IMG/VR virus record: IMGVR_UViG_3300028797_000152
Span: 1-64,000 of that record
Origin: an uncultured virus (IMG/VR IMGVR_UViG_3300028797_000152)
Taxonomy: Duplodnaviria; Heunggongvirae; Uroviricota; Caudoviricetes
Reading direction: 5' to 3' (one strand)
Length of the DNA: 64,000 bases
Shown: in pieces, positions 1 through 9,661 of the stretch
Layout of the letters: each line of letters begins with the position of its first letter
Position numbering within the stretch: position 1 is the stretch's first letter
The notes under the pieces: generated by a model
The model's input: only the letters and a program-made list of their open reading frames with translations
The model's database searches: none
What the model was told of the DNA's origin: nothing
Made by a program: the position numbers and the translations under genes

Positions 1-136
1 AGCATTAGGAGTAAATGGTACATGGTCTCAAGAGACGGAAGATGCAATCAATGATTATTTACGCAGGTATAAAGTACCTCTTGATAACTTCGTTGATAAT
101 ATCTTCCATAGAGTAAATGGTGATATAGTTAAATAA
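1..136 (+). CDS. 3' end of a CDS running in from the left edge (…ALGVNGTWSQETEDAINDYLRRYKVPLDNFVDNIFHRVNGDIVK*)
   Basis: Open frame from nt 2 to TAA at 134-136; hand-translated. Confidence 0.6.
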   Translation, partial: ALGVNGTWSQETEDAINDYLRRYKVPLDNFVDNIFHRVNGDIVK

Positions 137-170
137 CTAAAATAAAAACAACCGTAAAGGAGAAATCAAA

Positions 171-1274
171 ATGAAATTCACAGTTTCAACTAAACCCCTT
201 CAGAACGCGATTGATTTAGGAATTATTAAGGAAAATATTTCTAAATTTAATCAGAAGAGCTGTCTTGCTCAGGTTACAGCAACAAGAGAGACACTCAGAA
301 TCAACATCGAGGCTCCTTCTATTTACACAGAAATAGTGTTAAGAGGTTCGGGAGATTCAGATGCAGAGGAAACTATCTTTGTTGATTGTGCACTTCTTCG
401 TCAGCTTGTAGATTCCTTCGACAAGGATGTAACTACAATTGAATTTGTTGAAGGCGGAATTAACTTACATTCCGGTTCAAGTAAGTTTACTCTTGCTAAG
501 TTACTCGATGCAAATAACCTTTCACTCAATAGACCCGCTAATCCTACAGAAGGTAATAGCATTGAATTGAAGTCCGGTGATTGGAAGTTCGTAAAAGAAC
601 ATCAGATGTTTGCTATCTCAGTTTGGATGATTCACCCGGTCTATACAAAGGTTTGGGTAGGTGAAGACGGTAAAGTAGTTGTTGGTGATATTGATAATGT
701 TATCTTCACACTTTCAAATAAGTCCAACCTCGGCTCTACTTGTCTCTTGAATCCTACAATTATCAATCTGTTCACTAACCTTCCTGAAGGTTCAACCATC
801 AAGCATGTTGATAAGAGTTATGTCCTTTCAGTAAGTACAGACGGTTATAGTCTTACTTCTCAGTTTGTTCCTGAATATGAGGAAGATGAAGGCATTGGTA
901 GTTACAATTCTGAGGCAATCTTAGGTACACTTGCTAAACCTGAAAACTACATTGAAGTAGATGTAGCACCTATCAATAAGTTCCTTAATCAGGCAGACAT
1001 CGTTGCTACAGCTCAAGATACTTCTACTTCGTTCAAGTTAGAGGGCAATACTCTCATGCTTAATAGAGGTTCGGGTGACTTCAAGTCTGATGTAACTATT
1101 ACAGGAACAATTGAAGGATTTGCAGGTGACTTCAAGTCTACATTCTTCAAGTCGATTTTCTCAAGTATTGACGGAGATAAGATTAAGATTGGACCTGTTT
1201 ATAACGAAGGCGAACTTTCAGGTAGCCTCTTCTGGACAGACAATCTTGCAATAGTATTAGCATTCCAGGAGTAA
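171..1274 (+). CDS. dnaN: DNA polymerase III beta sliding clamp-like protein
   Basis: 367 aa (clamp size), MKFTVS N-terminus, beta-rich pattern, next to DnaX/HolA/HolB-like genes; SD AAGGAG. Confidence 0.65.
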   Translation: MKFTVSTKPLQNAIDLGIIKENISKFNQKSCLAQVTATRETLRINIEAPSIYTEIVLRGSGDSDAEETIFVDCALLRQLVDSFDKDVTTIEFVEGGINLHSGSSKFTLAKLLDANNLSLNRPANPTEGNSIELKSGDWKFVKEHQMFAISVWMIHPVYTKVWVGEDGKVVVGDIDNVIFTLSNKSNLGSTCLLNPTIINLFTNLPEGSTIKHVDKSYVLSVSTDGYSLTSQFVPEYEEDEGIGSYNSEAILGTLAKPENYIEVDVAPINKFLNQADIVATAQDTSTSFKLEGNTLMLNRGSGDFKSDVTITGTIEGFAGDFKSTFFKSIFSSIDGDKIKIGPVYNEGELSGSLFWTDNLAIVLAFQE

Positions 1275-1277
1275 TAA

Positions 1278-2048
1278 ATGGCATTTCAACCTATAGAAAA
1301 TTTTAAAGTTGCTAGGTTTAATTCTGCAACAAGCAGTAACTTCCTGGACTATTATGAAAATTCTTTAGACAGTTTTATACGAGAGCAAGAGTCTGAGAAA
1401 CCTTCTCAGACCTTCGCTCCTTCTTCTATAAGGTGTAAACGAGTTAGTTGGTTCAGATTACGTGGAGTTGACCCCGAAGTTGAAAAGCGAGTAGATAGGG
1501 GACTTAAATTTACTGCTGATATTGGAACGGCATGTCATCATATTATTCAGTCTACACTTATAGGTGCTTTAGGTGCAGATTGGATTGATGTTGAAACTTA
1601 TCTTGAGAATGCAAATCCTCCTTATAAGTACACATGCGAACATCTTGGTTTTGAAACTAGAATTGAGATAGCAGACCCACCTGTAAAGTTTGCTCCGGAT
1701 GGTATAATCAACTTTGAAGGTGATACTCGTCTACTAGAGATTAAGACTTGTGATAATAAAAGCTTTGAACGACTTTCAGAGCCTAAGGCTAATCATATTG
1801 ACCAAGTTAAATGCTATTGTACACTACTAAATCTCACTAGTGCTCTAATGATTTATCAAGATAGACAATATGGTGAATTAAAGTGTTACGAGGTAGATGT
1901 ATCGCTTAAAGATATGCAGGAAGTTTGGCATATGTTTAAAGAAGTCAGAGAATATGTAGACAAGAATATTGCACCTCCAAAAGTATCTGATACAAGGTAC
2001 TGCACACCTAATTATTGCAGATATTACAATAAATGTAAAGAATGGTGA
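1278..2048 (+). CDS. Cas4-like PD-(D/E)XK exonuclease with Fe-S cysteines
   Basis: PSSIRC, GTACH, PDG..LEIKT, QVKCY and C-terminal CxxxxCxxxxxC. Confidence 0.8.
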   Translation: MAFQPIENFKVARFNSATSSNFLDYYENSLDSFIREQESEKPSQTFAPSSIRCKRVSWFRLRGVDPEVEKRVDRGLKFTADIGTACHHIIQSTLIGALGADWIDVETYLENANPPYKYTCEHLGFETRIEIADPPVKFAPDGIINFEGDTRLLEIKTCDNKSFERLSEPKANHIDQVKCYCTLLNLTSALMIYQDRQYGELKCYEVDVSLKDMQEVWHMFKEVREYVDKNIAPPKVSDTRYCTPNYCRYYNKCKEW

Positions 2049-2056
2049 ATCGTTAT
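2047..2056 (+). promoter_or_regulatory. GAATCGTTAT putative phage promoter element upstream of dnaX
   Basis: Same motif recurs intergenically at 10821, 14102, 27498, 32144, 44083, 46515. Confidence 0.55.
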
Positions 2057-2096
2057 ATCATAATGAGGATATTATTGTTTAAGGAGGTAATTTGAT

Positions 2097-3122
2097 TTGA
2101 ATCTAGCTTCAAAGTACCGCCCTCGTACATTTGATGAAGTTGTTGAACAGTCTTTGGTAACTACACTTGTTAAGACAATGTGTGAGTCTGAGACTTTACC
2201 TAATAGAAACTTTCTATTTATAGGTCCAGCAGGAACGGGCAAGACGACTACAGCCCGCATCATAGCAAATCAACTGAACGAAGGTAAAGGTGAGCCGATA
2301 GAAATAGACGCAGCCTCTCACGGAAGTACTGAAGAAATTCGTCAATTAATGGCTCAGGCTTCTCAATTCCCTATTGGAATGAAGTATAAGATATTCATAA
2401 TTGACGAGGTACATTCTGTTAGTTCTCAAGGATTTCAAGTAATGCTTAAGACACTTGAGGAACAACCGGCTAAGTCTATATTTCTTTTTGCTACAACAAA
2501 CCCTGAAAAGATTCCTGCTACAATTCTTTCAAGAGTTCAAACTTTTAGGCTTTCAAAGATAAGTACAAAAGGAATTCACGATAGGCTTAAATATGTAATT
2601 GAACAAGAGAACAAAGAAGGACAAGGAATTACATATGATGAAGAGGCATTAGATTATATTGCAAGATTGTCTAATGGAGGAATGCGAGATAGTTTAACAA
2701 ACCTTGATAGATGCTTAGCATTCAGCAAGAATATAACTCTTGACAATGTAAGTGAGGCTCTTGACCTTCCTGATTATGATACTTATTTTGAACTTCTTAA
2801 CTCGTTGGTTAAGAAGGACAACGAATCTACTACAAAGATAGTAGACGAAGTGTATAACTCAGGTACAAACTTTGTAAAATGGTTTGAGGGATTTCATTCA
2901 TTCTTATGTAATATTGTCAAATTTATCTATATGAAGGACATTAGGGCAACTATGATACCTTCTCAGTATGCCGACAAATTATCTTCATATACAGAGGCAC
3001 ATGCAGTAATCTGTCTGAGACTTTCTAATGTATTATTGCAATTAAATAAGGATTTGAGAACTACTCAATATCAGATTGAAACTGCTATGACATATTTGTT
3101 AACTAGCAAATCTCCAAAATAA
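2097..3122 (+). CDS. dnaX: Clamp loader ATPase, DNA pol III gamma/tau-like
   Basis: LASKYRPRTFDEVV, Walker A GPAGTGKTT, EIDAAS, IIDEVH, LKTLEE, TILSR, GGMRD; TTG start with AGGAGG. Confidence 0.92.
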   Translation: MNLASKYRPRTFDEVVEQSLVTTLVKTMCESETLPNRNFLFIGPAGTGKTTTARIIANQLNEGKGEPIEIDAASHGSTEEIRQLMAQASQFPIGMKYKIFIIDEVHSVSSQGFQVMLKTLEEQPAKSIFLFATTNPEKIPATILSRVQTFRLSKISTKGIHDRLKYVIEQENKEGQGITYDEEALDYIARLSNGGMRDSLTNLDRCLAFSKNITLDNVSEALDLPDYDTYFELLNSLVKKDNESTTKIVDEVYNSGTNFVKWFEGFHSFLCNIVKFIYMKDIRATMIPSQYADKLSSYTEAHAVICLRLSNVLLQLNKDLRTTQYQIETAMTYLLTSKSPK

Positions 3123-3134
3123 GAGGGAATTGAT

Positions 3135-3671
3135 ATGGATTCTATAAAAAATGCTTTAGAATCTTTAGATGAAGATTTCAAGGCCGCAGATAAAGTTGTA
3201 GATGACATCTATAGTAACTACTTTGCAAAATACTTCTCTAAAGTATCTGAAATGCATACAAGATTTAGTGATATAAATGTATCTATAACTGATAAGGAGT
3301 TGGAGTGGATTATAACTTCACTTCCTCTTGATTTGTTTGCTGCTTCAGATGCACTTGCACAGTTTAAACAACATAATGAGATTGTAAAACTTACGATAAA
3401 ACAAAGGAAGCAAGATAAGAAAGCAGAAGAAATTGACGAAGAGTACAAATTGATGTCAATCGTCTATTCGTCTGTTATTGCTAAGGTAGAGCATCAGATA
3501 TCATTTTCTAAAGAATTAATAATGGGTGCTAAGAAAGTATGGGACGCAAGGAAGCGGACAGAACAGTCTAACCCTATAAACGAAGTAACTACTCCTGATT
3601 TACCTGATTATAAGCCGATTAAGAAAACAGGCCCAATGACTTACATAAAAGGAGTAGATTATGAAGGCTAA
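3135..3671 (+). CDS. Hypothetical helical protein in the replication module
   Basis: 178 aa ORF with SD, tightly packed. Confidence 0.6.
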   Translation: MDSIKNALESLDEDFKAADKVVDDIYSNYFAKYFSKVSEMHTRFSDINVSITDKELEWIITSLPLDLFAASDALAQFKQHNEIVKLTIKQRKQDKKAEEIDEEYKLMSIVYSSVIAKVEHQISFSKELIMGAKKVWDARKRTEQSNPINEVTTPDLPDYKPIKKTGPMTYIKGVDYEG

Positions 3672-3831
3672 GTTCATCTATACAAAGAATCATACATATA
3701 GGTGTACAACCTGCGGTTATGAATACAAGGAACTTCCGCCAGAGGATGGTTCCGGTGAAACATGTCCTAACTGTTGGATGACAAAAGTTACGGAGGGATA
3801 CGCCAATGGCAACATTCAGCGAGATAATTAA
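3661..3831 (+). CDS. Small zinc-ribbon protein (56 aa, not in ORF track)
   Basis: MKAKFIYTKNHTYRCTTCGYEY…TCPNCWM; SD AAGGAG; two CxxC. Confidence 0.6.
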   Translation: MKAKFIYTKNHTYRCTTCGYEYKELPPEDGSGETCPNCWMTKVTEGYANGNIQRDN

Positions 3832-4972
3832 GAAATGTGAGAAAGATTGGGCTTGTCCTGATTTGATGGAAAGTGTCAATAAGGCAGCCGGTAGAAAGAT
3901 TCCTTTTTCATCTCCATCACTTAATTGGGCAACTTATGGAGGAGTTCCTAGAAATGCTATAACAGAATTCTACGGAGTTCCTGGAGGTGGTAAGTCCACT
4001 TCTGCTATTGATGTATGCAAGAACGCTTTAGTATTATTCAATGAAGAATATAACCAAGAAGTTCTTGAGTTAGAAGAAAAGATAGCCGAAGGTAAGAAGG
4101 AATATAAGATACAACTAGCAGACCTTAAGGAAAGAGGTCCTAAAAAGATTCTTTATATTGACCTTGAGCATTCTTTTGATAGGAAATGGGCAAAAACATT
4201 AGGAATAACTAATAAGGCTATTGAAATCATGCAACCGCCCGATATTGCTGCAGAGCAGATACTTCAGAAGGTTCAAGAAATCATTGAAACAAACGAAGTA
4301 GGTCTGTTAGTTCTCGATTCAATTCCTTCTCTTATTACTCAGGCCGAATTGGATAAGAAATATGGAGAAAGAACAGTAGCGTCTCTTGCAGGACTGATGA
4401 CAGTATTCTGCAGAAAGGTAACTCAGTTACTTAGTAGATATGATTGCACAATGATATTTATCAACCAGCTCAGAGTCAACATGGATAATCCTTATGTAGA
4501 CCAGACTCCCGGTGGTGAAGCAATCAAATTCTTCTGCTCACTTAGACTTGCATTTAAACTTGGAAATCCTGTTGATTTCTTAGGTGGTGACCTTCCCCAG
4601 AAGGCTGAGAATCCTGCAGGTTATAAGATAGTTGTAACACTTAAGAAGCAGAAATCTGCACCGTTTGACAGAAAGATAGCAACATACTTCTTACTTGCTC
4701 AATCAGGTCTCAGAGTTGATTACGAGTATGCTGACCTTGCTATTAAGCAGTATGATATCATAGTCAAGAGCGGTGCTTGGTTCACATTATGTGACCCTGA
4801 AACAAAAGAACCGTTAGAGGTAGATGGAGCCCTTGTTAAGGTGAATGGCCTTGCAAAGGTTTATGACTACCTTCAGAATCACGAGGATTACTACAATAAA
4901 CTTTGTGATTATATCAACAATAATATGGTACAAGTGGAGTTAGCGGAGTTCAGTGAAGAACTTCCCGAATAA
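3806..4972 (+). CDS. recA: RecA recombinase with a charged insertion after Walker A
   Basis: GGVPRNAITEFYGVPGGGKST, YIDLEH, LVLDSI, IFINQLR, TPGGEAIKF, KSGAWF. Confidence 0.93.
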   Translation: MATFSEIIKKCEKDWACPDLMESVNKAAGRKIPFSSPSLNWATYGGVPRNAITEFYGVPGGGKSTSAIDVCKNALVLFNEEYNQEVLELEEKIAEGKKEYKIQLADLKERGPKKILYIDLEHSFDRKWAKTLGITNKAIEIMQPPDIAAEQILQKVQEIIETNEVGLLVLDSIPSLITQAELDKKYGERTVASLAGLMTVFCRKVTQLLSRYDCTMIFINQLRVNMDNPYVDQTPGGEAIKFFCSLRLAFKLGNPVDFLGGDLPQKAENPAGYKIVVTLKKQKSAPFDRKIATYFLLAQSGLRVDYEYADLAIKQYDIIVKSGAWFTLCDPETKEPLEVDGALVKVNGLAKVYDYLQNHEDYYNKLCDYINNNMVQVELAEFSEELPE

Positions 4973-4975
4973 TAA

Positions 4976-5485
4976 ATGACAAACAAGGAAGCATCAAAAT
5001 TACAAGAAGACATGGTAGCAAAATTCCTCGGCTGGAATGTAGTTTCCGGTAGTGGGGCTAGACCTTTCAAGCCAGGAGATGTTCAAAATGAACACTATTT
5101 GTTAGAGTGCAAAACACATACAACAGAACAAACTAATATTGTATTCTATACAAAACATTGGGAGAAGATTTCTATAGAAGCAAGGTCTACTAATAAGTAT
5201 CCTGCATTAGTTGTAGACAACGGAACTCAGAAGTCACAAAATACTTGGGTCATGATACCTAAAAGAGTTCTTCCTGAGAAAGTGTTTAAGATATTTGGAC
5301 TAGTAAATACAGCAAAGTCAGAAAGTACTATTACATTCCGACATGAAGCCGCAAAATCGTTATACAAAGCAGGACATAATGACGATAAGATAAGTTATTT
5401 TCCGGGCTGGTGTAACAATGAACAAATAGCCATAATGACTTTATCTGAGTTCAATAAGTTTTACGAACAGGAGTTTGAATGTTAA
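4976..5485 (+). CDS. PD-(D/E)XK Holliday junction resolvase-like nuclease
   Basis: QE..VA, SGSGA, GDV..LLECKT; directly after recA. Confidence 0.7.
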   Translation: MTNKEASKLQEDMVAKFLGWNVVSGSGARPFKPGDVQNEHYLLECKTHTTEQTNIVFYTKHWEKISIEARSTNKYPALVVDNGTQKSQNTWVMIPKRVLPEKVFKIFGLVNTAKSESTITFRHEAAKSLYKAGHNDDKISYFPGWCNNEQIAIMTLSEFNKFYEQEFEC

Positions 5486-6399
5486 GTATTCAGAATCTAG
5501 GTTTAAGTGTAATGGGAGATTCGCCTAAGAATTTTTACATCTTAGGCGGAACTGAATTTGGAATAAAGGAAAAATATATTGACATCTTAACACAGAAGAT
5601 AGGAAGTAAGATAGAACATTCTAGTGTTATAGACTTAGTATCTTCTATGGAGAAGAAGCAATTGATTCCTATTCCTCCCTCCGTCTATGTAATTAGGTAT
5701 GATAAAACATTCTTGAGCAAATTGCCTGATAAACATGGAGAACTTGCTCAAAGAATCTTGAATTGCAGGATAAATGGTTGCATCGTACTTGTATATGAAT
5801 CTGATTCAGATATAAATAAGTGTGATAAGTATTTTCCTGATAATACTGCAATAGTTAATCATATTGATAGCAAATTTGTAGTAAAGTATCTTAAATCAGA
5901 TTTTCCTGAACTTTCAGACGAGTATTGCAATATTGCAGCAAGAATCTCCTCGGACTATTATCAAGCAAAGAATATAGCAAGATGCTTGTATTCTATTCAA
6001 GATAAAGTCAACCTCAAAGAAAATCAAATAAAGTATCTATTTGGTTTAGATACAACCTATTCTGACAGTGATGTTATGCAGGCTGTAGCAAATAGGGATT
6101 TTTCATCTTTGATTTATATTTCGGAACATTACGACGGAGATATTCAGAATATATTGTACACGATGCTTCGTACAATGATTGAATTGGACAAATGTTTGGA
6201 TAATAAGTATTCAACCTCTCCTATTCAAAAGGCTGCTAAGTTATGGACAAGATATGATGTTTATTATTACTTTAATCATATTTATAATGCCCTTAAGCAA
6301 TTACGAACCGGATATACAACAGATGTTTCGTTATATATAACATATCTTGCTGCTTTGCTTAGATTTAAGCAGATACCTGATACTCGAGTTTTGGAGTGA
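5479..6399 (+). CDS. Clamp loader delta (HolA)-like subunit
   Basis: NFYILGGTE N-terminus typical of delta, ~300 aa, context. Confidence 0.55.
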   Translation: MLSIQNLGLSVMGDSPKNFYILGGTEFGIKEKYIDILTQKIGSKIEHSSVIDLVSSMEKKQLIPIPPSVYVIRYDKTFLSKLPDKHGELAQRILNCRINGCIVLVYESDSDINKCDKYFPDNTAIVNHIDSKFVVKYLKSDFPELSDEYCNIAARISSDYYQAKNIARCLYSIQDKVNLKENQIKYLFGLDTTYSDSDVMQAVANRDFSSLIYISEHYDGDIQNILYTMLRTMIELDKCLDNKYSTSPIQKAAKLWTRYDVYYYFNHIYNALKQLRTGYTTDVSLYITYLAALLRFKQIPDTRVLE

Positions 6400-6402
6400 T
6401 GT

Positions 6403-7182
6403 ATGGATTTTCAATGTCAAAGACAGGCGATAGATAACCTCAAAAAATTACAAGAGGCTAACAGACACAGCATCATTATTTCAGGCTGTAGGGGCTGTGG
6501 TAAAACTTACATTGTCAAGGAATGGGCAAATATGCTCGGAATTAATGATGTAGCAGTTGTCAATCCTACTGTATCTGAACTTAAAACAGTAATAGATACT
6601 TTATTAGACAACCATGCTCCGGCAGTATTGTGTATTGAGAATCTAGATGATGGTGTTGTTCAGGCAGCATATCCTTTGCTTAAATTCTTAGAAGAATGTC
6701 CCGAATATTTATATGTAGCAGTAACTTGTACAAATATAAGAAATGTTCCTTCTACTATATTAAGTAGATGTATCTTAGTAGATATTGCTATGCCAACCTC
6801 TTCAGATTTAGAACAATTTGCTACAAGTATAGATTTTGAAAGTTTTCATGCTATTGAAGATAAGAAAATATGGAAGTGCGCTAAGAGTTTCAAAGATGTC
6901 AAGACGATTCTTGCCTTAGACCCTAATAAGTTGGCATATTTTGAATCGTTATCAACTATGGTAGCATTCAAGGATACAGTTAGTAATATTTCGTGGAAAT
7001 TACAACATTATCCTGATAATTCTGAAGCACCAGTTACAATTGTTATAAGATATCTATTACAAATTCTTAAACCTTCACAAATTAGGGCTTGTTTAGATTG
7101 TTTAGATGACTTACAATATAATAGGATGTCAACAAACGCTATAGTATCAAAATTAATATTTGAATTAAAATATACTGAATAA
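6403..7182 (+). CDS. Clamp loader delta-prime (HolB)-like subunit
   Basis: HSIIISGCRGCGKT, LLKFLEE, TILSRC. Confidence 0.75.
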   Translation: MDFQCQRQAIDNLKKLQEANRHSIIISGCRGCGKTYIVKEWANMLGINDVAVVNPTVSELKTVIDTLLDNHAPAVLCIENLDDGVVQAAYPLLKFLEECPEYLYVAVTCTNIRNVPSTILSRCILVDIAMPTSSDLEQFATSIDFESFHAIEDKKIWKCAKSFKDVKTILALDPNKLAYFESLSTMVAFKDTVSNISWKLQHYPDNSEAPVTIVIRYLLQILKPSQIRACLDCLDDLQYNRMSTNAIVSKLIFELKYTE

Positions 7183-7193
7183 GGAGAATCCAA

Positions 7194-8186
7194 ATGGATA
7201 AATATGTATTTAGTGGCTCAGTAAGACCATTTGTTCATGATAAACTCATGTCACTTCCTGACTTTCAGCCCTTAGATGTTCTTGTAACTCAGTTAGACCG
7301 AGGAGAAATTCAGAATGCTATAAAGAATAAGCAAGATGGTTTCTGCAAATGGTTATTCATTGATTCTGGTGCATTTAGTATACATACAGGAAAAGCAAGA
7401 TTTCCTGAGAAGGGTGTAAAGGACCCTACTTTTAGACAATGGGAAGATAATTATATCGACTATCTTAATAGTATTGATGAATATGTTGATGTCTGTGCAC
7501 AGTTGGATACTATTCCAGGTAAGTTCCAGCAGCCAAAGAGACCTGAGGATTATGTAGAATCGGCTAGAAAGTCTTGGGAAAATTACCTGTATATGAGAAG
7601 TAAATTGAAGTCTCCTGAGAAGGTAATGCCAGTATTCCACTATGGCGAGGATTTGAGTGCATTAAAGAATATGCTTGAGTGGAGAGCAGAAGATGGAAGT
7701 AAGTTAGATTACATTGGAATTTCACCTGCTAACGATGCATCTCAGGAAGAGAAAGATATCTATATTGCACAGTGCAATGATGTAATTGATAAGTCAAGTA
7801 ATCCTCATGTCAAGACTCATCTTTATGGAATGACTTCTTTACAGTCATTAGCAAAGAGTAGATGTTATTCGGCCGACAGTGTAAGCCATAGGTTACAGGC
7901 CGCATATGGAAAAATAGTTTCTCCTACATTCGGAGTTGTATCGACTTCAATGAGAGTTAGACAGGATAACAATAAGTCCGGAGCAGCATTTGATTACTTT
8001 GCAAGTCAGCATGATATTGATATAATTACTGGTGAACTCAAGGCGTGTGGACTTACATGGGATGATGTTAGAGAAAATGCAGATGCAAGAACCGCATTTA
8101 ACATCTGGGCTATTCAGCAACTTGTTAGTGGAAGATACAAGTATAACGAAGCCAATAAAGTTAAGAAAGCAAAGAAACTTTTCTAA
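7194..8186 (+). CDS. TGT-fold (DpdA-like) 7-deazaguanine transglycosylase
   Basis: FIDSGAFS, QLDTIPG, MPVFHYGE, YIGISP, HLYGMT, SADS motifs of phage TGT-like proteins. Confidence 0.75.
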   Translation: MDKYVFSGSVRPFVHDKLMSLPDFQPLDVLVTQLDRGEIQNAIKNKQDGFCKWLFIDSGAFSIHTGKARFPEKGVKDPTFRQWEDNYIDYLNSIDEYVDVCAQLDTIPGKFQQPKRPEDYVESARKSWENYLYMRSKLKSPEKVMPVFHYGEDLSALKNMLEWRAEDGSKLDYIGISPANDASQEEKDIYIAQCNDVIDKSSNPHVKTHLYGMTSLQSLAKSRCYSADSVSHRLQAAYGKIVSPTFGVVSTSMRVRQDNNKSGAAFDYFASQHDIDIITGELKACGLTWDDVRENADARTAFNIWAIQQLVSGRYKYNEANKVKKAKKLF

Positions 8187-8289
8187 ATCAAAATCATAAT
8201 ATTTTGAAGTAATTTCAGAATATAATAGAGGTAGGGCATTTACTTAACCTTTATTATTTCTGAAATCTTACTTTAAGGAATACTGTGTA

Positions 8290-8691
8290 ATGAAAACATG
8301 TTTTACTGTAACAATTCAAGCATCTGAGATGCACGATTTACCGAAGTATACTGAGTTGTTCAATTCTGCAGAAATTCCTGATATTATCTGTGTTAAATTT
8401 CCCGATAATTTACCTAGAGATTTTGAATTATCAGGAATTTACTATCTAAATGATAATAAGATTATCGATTTTGATGGGCATGTAACTAGAAGTGAAAACA
8501 GGCCTTGGATTGACATCAATAAAGATATTCTCGACTTTAAAGCAGGTCAACATACTTATCGCTTAACATTTACAAAGCCTGAAATGGTCCTTACCGCTAT
8601 ATGTTGGTTTAGTTATATAATTCAAGATAACTTTGTAGACAAACCGTATATCTACATGAAACGAGAAGAAAGTGAAGAGGAGAACTCGTAA
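8290..8691 (+). CDS. Hypothetical protein
   Basis: 133 aa ORF, preceded by TAACCTTT (8245) and SD. Confidence 0.6.
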   Translation: MKTCFTVTIQASEMHDLPKYTELFNSAEIPDIICVKFPDNLPRDFELSGIYYLNDNKIIDFDGHVTRSENRPWIDINKDILDFKAGQHTYRLTFTKPEMVLTAICWFSYIIQDNFVDKPYIYMKREESEEENS

Positions 8692-8692
8692 T

Positions 8693-9448
8693 ATGAAATT
8701 GAAGAGGATTTATGCTTCTGAACTTTATTTAACAAGCACCCGTAAGGATGCAATCAAGTCTGCTATTGAAAATCCTTACAATGCTGAACTTGTTCAACAG
8801 TTTTCCGAATACTTAGATGATGATTCTAAATCTAAGTTAGAGGATGCTATTCAAGATAAGCAAGAAAAATTAGCAGAAGAAGCCAAGGAGCATGAATCAG
8901 AAGTCGAAGAATCCGATGTCAGAGGCCCCGAGGAATTTGATGACTTACCTGATGATAGAAATGTATTTTCTCCTTCATATGGTGGTGGCGGAGGTCCTGC
9001 TGGAGGTCCTAGCATATTTGATGAGCCTGCCGGTGGAGATATGCCAGAAGGCGGAGATACGTCAGAAGGTTCGAGTGAACCTGACGAGTCTGTAGAAGAA
9101 TCAACAGCTATATACGGCAAAGTTACTGCTGATACAGATATTGAAAATAACATCAACACACTTAGTGCTGACGCAGAAGTTATCAAAGGTACTTTAAATA
9201 GTAGGCAAGATACTGCCGGAGTTCAGAGAATCACAATTGATGAAAAGGAACTTTGGATTTATTACAAAGACGAAGTAAACATTGGCGATATAATGGTAGA
9301 TGTAATTGAACTCCTCAATGGAACAGATTATACCTACTTAACTTTCAGTAGATTAGCAAGAAGCAATAATGCTATTGTATTCGATATTAGTTTTAATTCT
9401 CAAGAACCAATTAAACCAATAACAGAAGTTGCAGAAGAGGATAAGTGA
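8693..9448 (+). CDS. Acidic protein with Gly/Pro linker; variant leader MKLKRIYASE
   Basis: ATG 8693 after GAGGAG; low-complexity acidic middle. Confidence 0.65.
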   Translation: MKLKRIYASELYLTSTRKDAIKSAIENPYNAELVQQFSEYLDDDSKSKLEDAIQDKQEKLAEEAKEHESEVEESDVRGPEEFDDLPDDRNVFSPSYGGGGGPAGGPSIFDEPAGGDMPEGGDTSEGSSEPDESVEESTAIYGKVTADTDIENNINTLSADAEVIKGTLNSRQDTAGVQRITIDEKELWIYYKDEVNIGDIMVDVIELLNGTDYTYLTFSRLARSNNAIVFDISFNSQEPIKPITEVAEEDK

Positions 9449-9449
9449 T

Positions 9450-9659
9450 ATGAAGAAATACGTCAGGTCTGATTTTGATATGTATAATTATTTCAGAGAT
9501 GTTTGTAGTAAGTCTGCTAAAGAAGCATCTGATGCAATTTGGCAATTCCAAGATGATATAACAGGAGACCCTGCTATTTCAGATTCACTTTCCAACGAAG
9601 ATATTGAAACACTTGATAAGGCAAGAATAATTCTTGATAATTTTGCTAAAAACATTTGA
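9450..9659 (+). CDS. Small protein with MKKYVRS leader
   Basis: ATG 9450 after GAGG; leader motif. Confidence 0.65.
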   Translation: MKKYVRSDFDMYNYFRDVCSKSAKEASDAIWQFQDDITGDPAISDSLSNEDIETLDKARIILDNFAKNI

Positions 9660-9661
9660 TT

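Noticed and set aside
7194..7220. MDKYVFS start of the DpdA-like protein as a leader member
   Set aside because: D at position 2 and F at position 6 deviate from the consensus, and it lies in the replication operon; probably coincidence.
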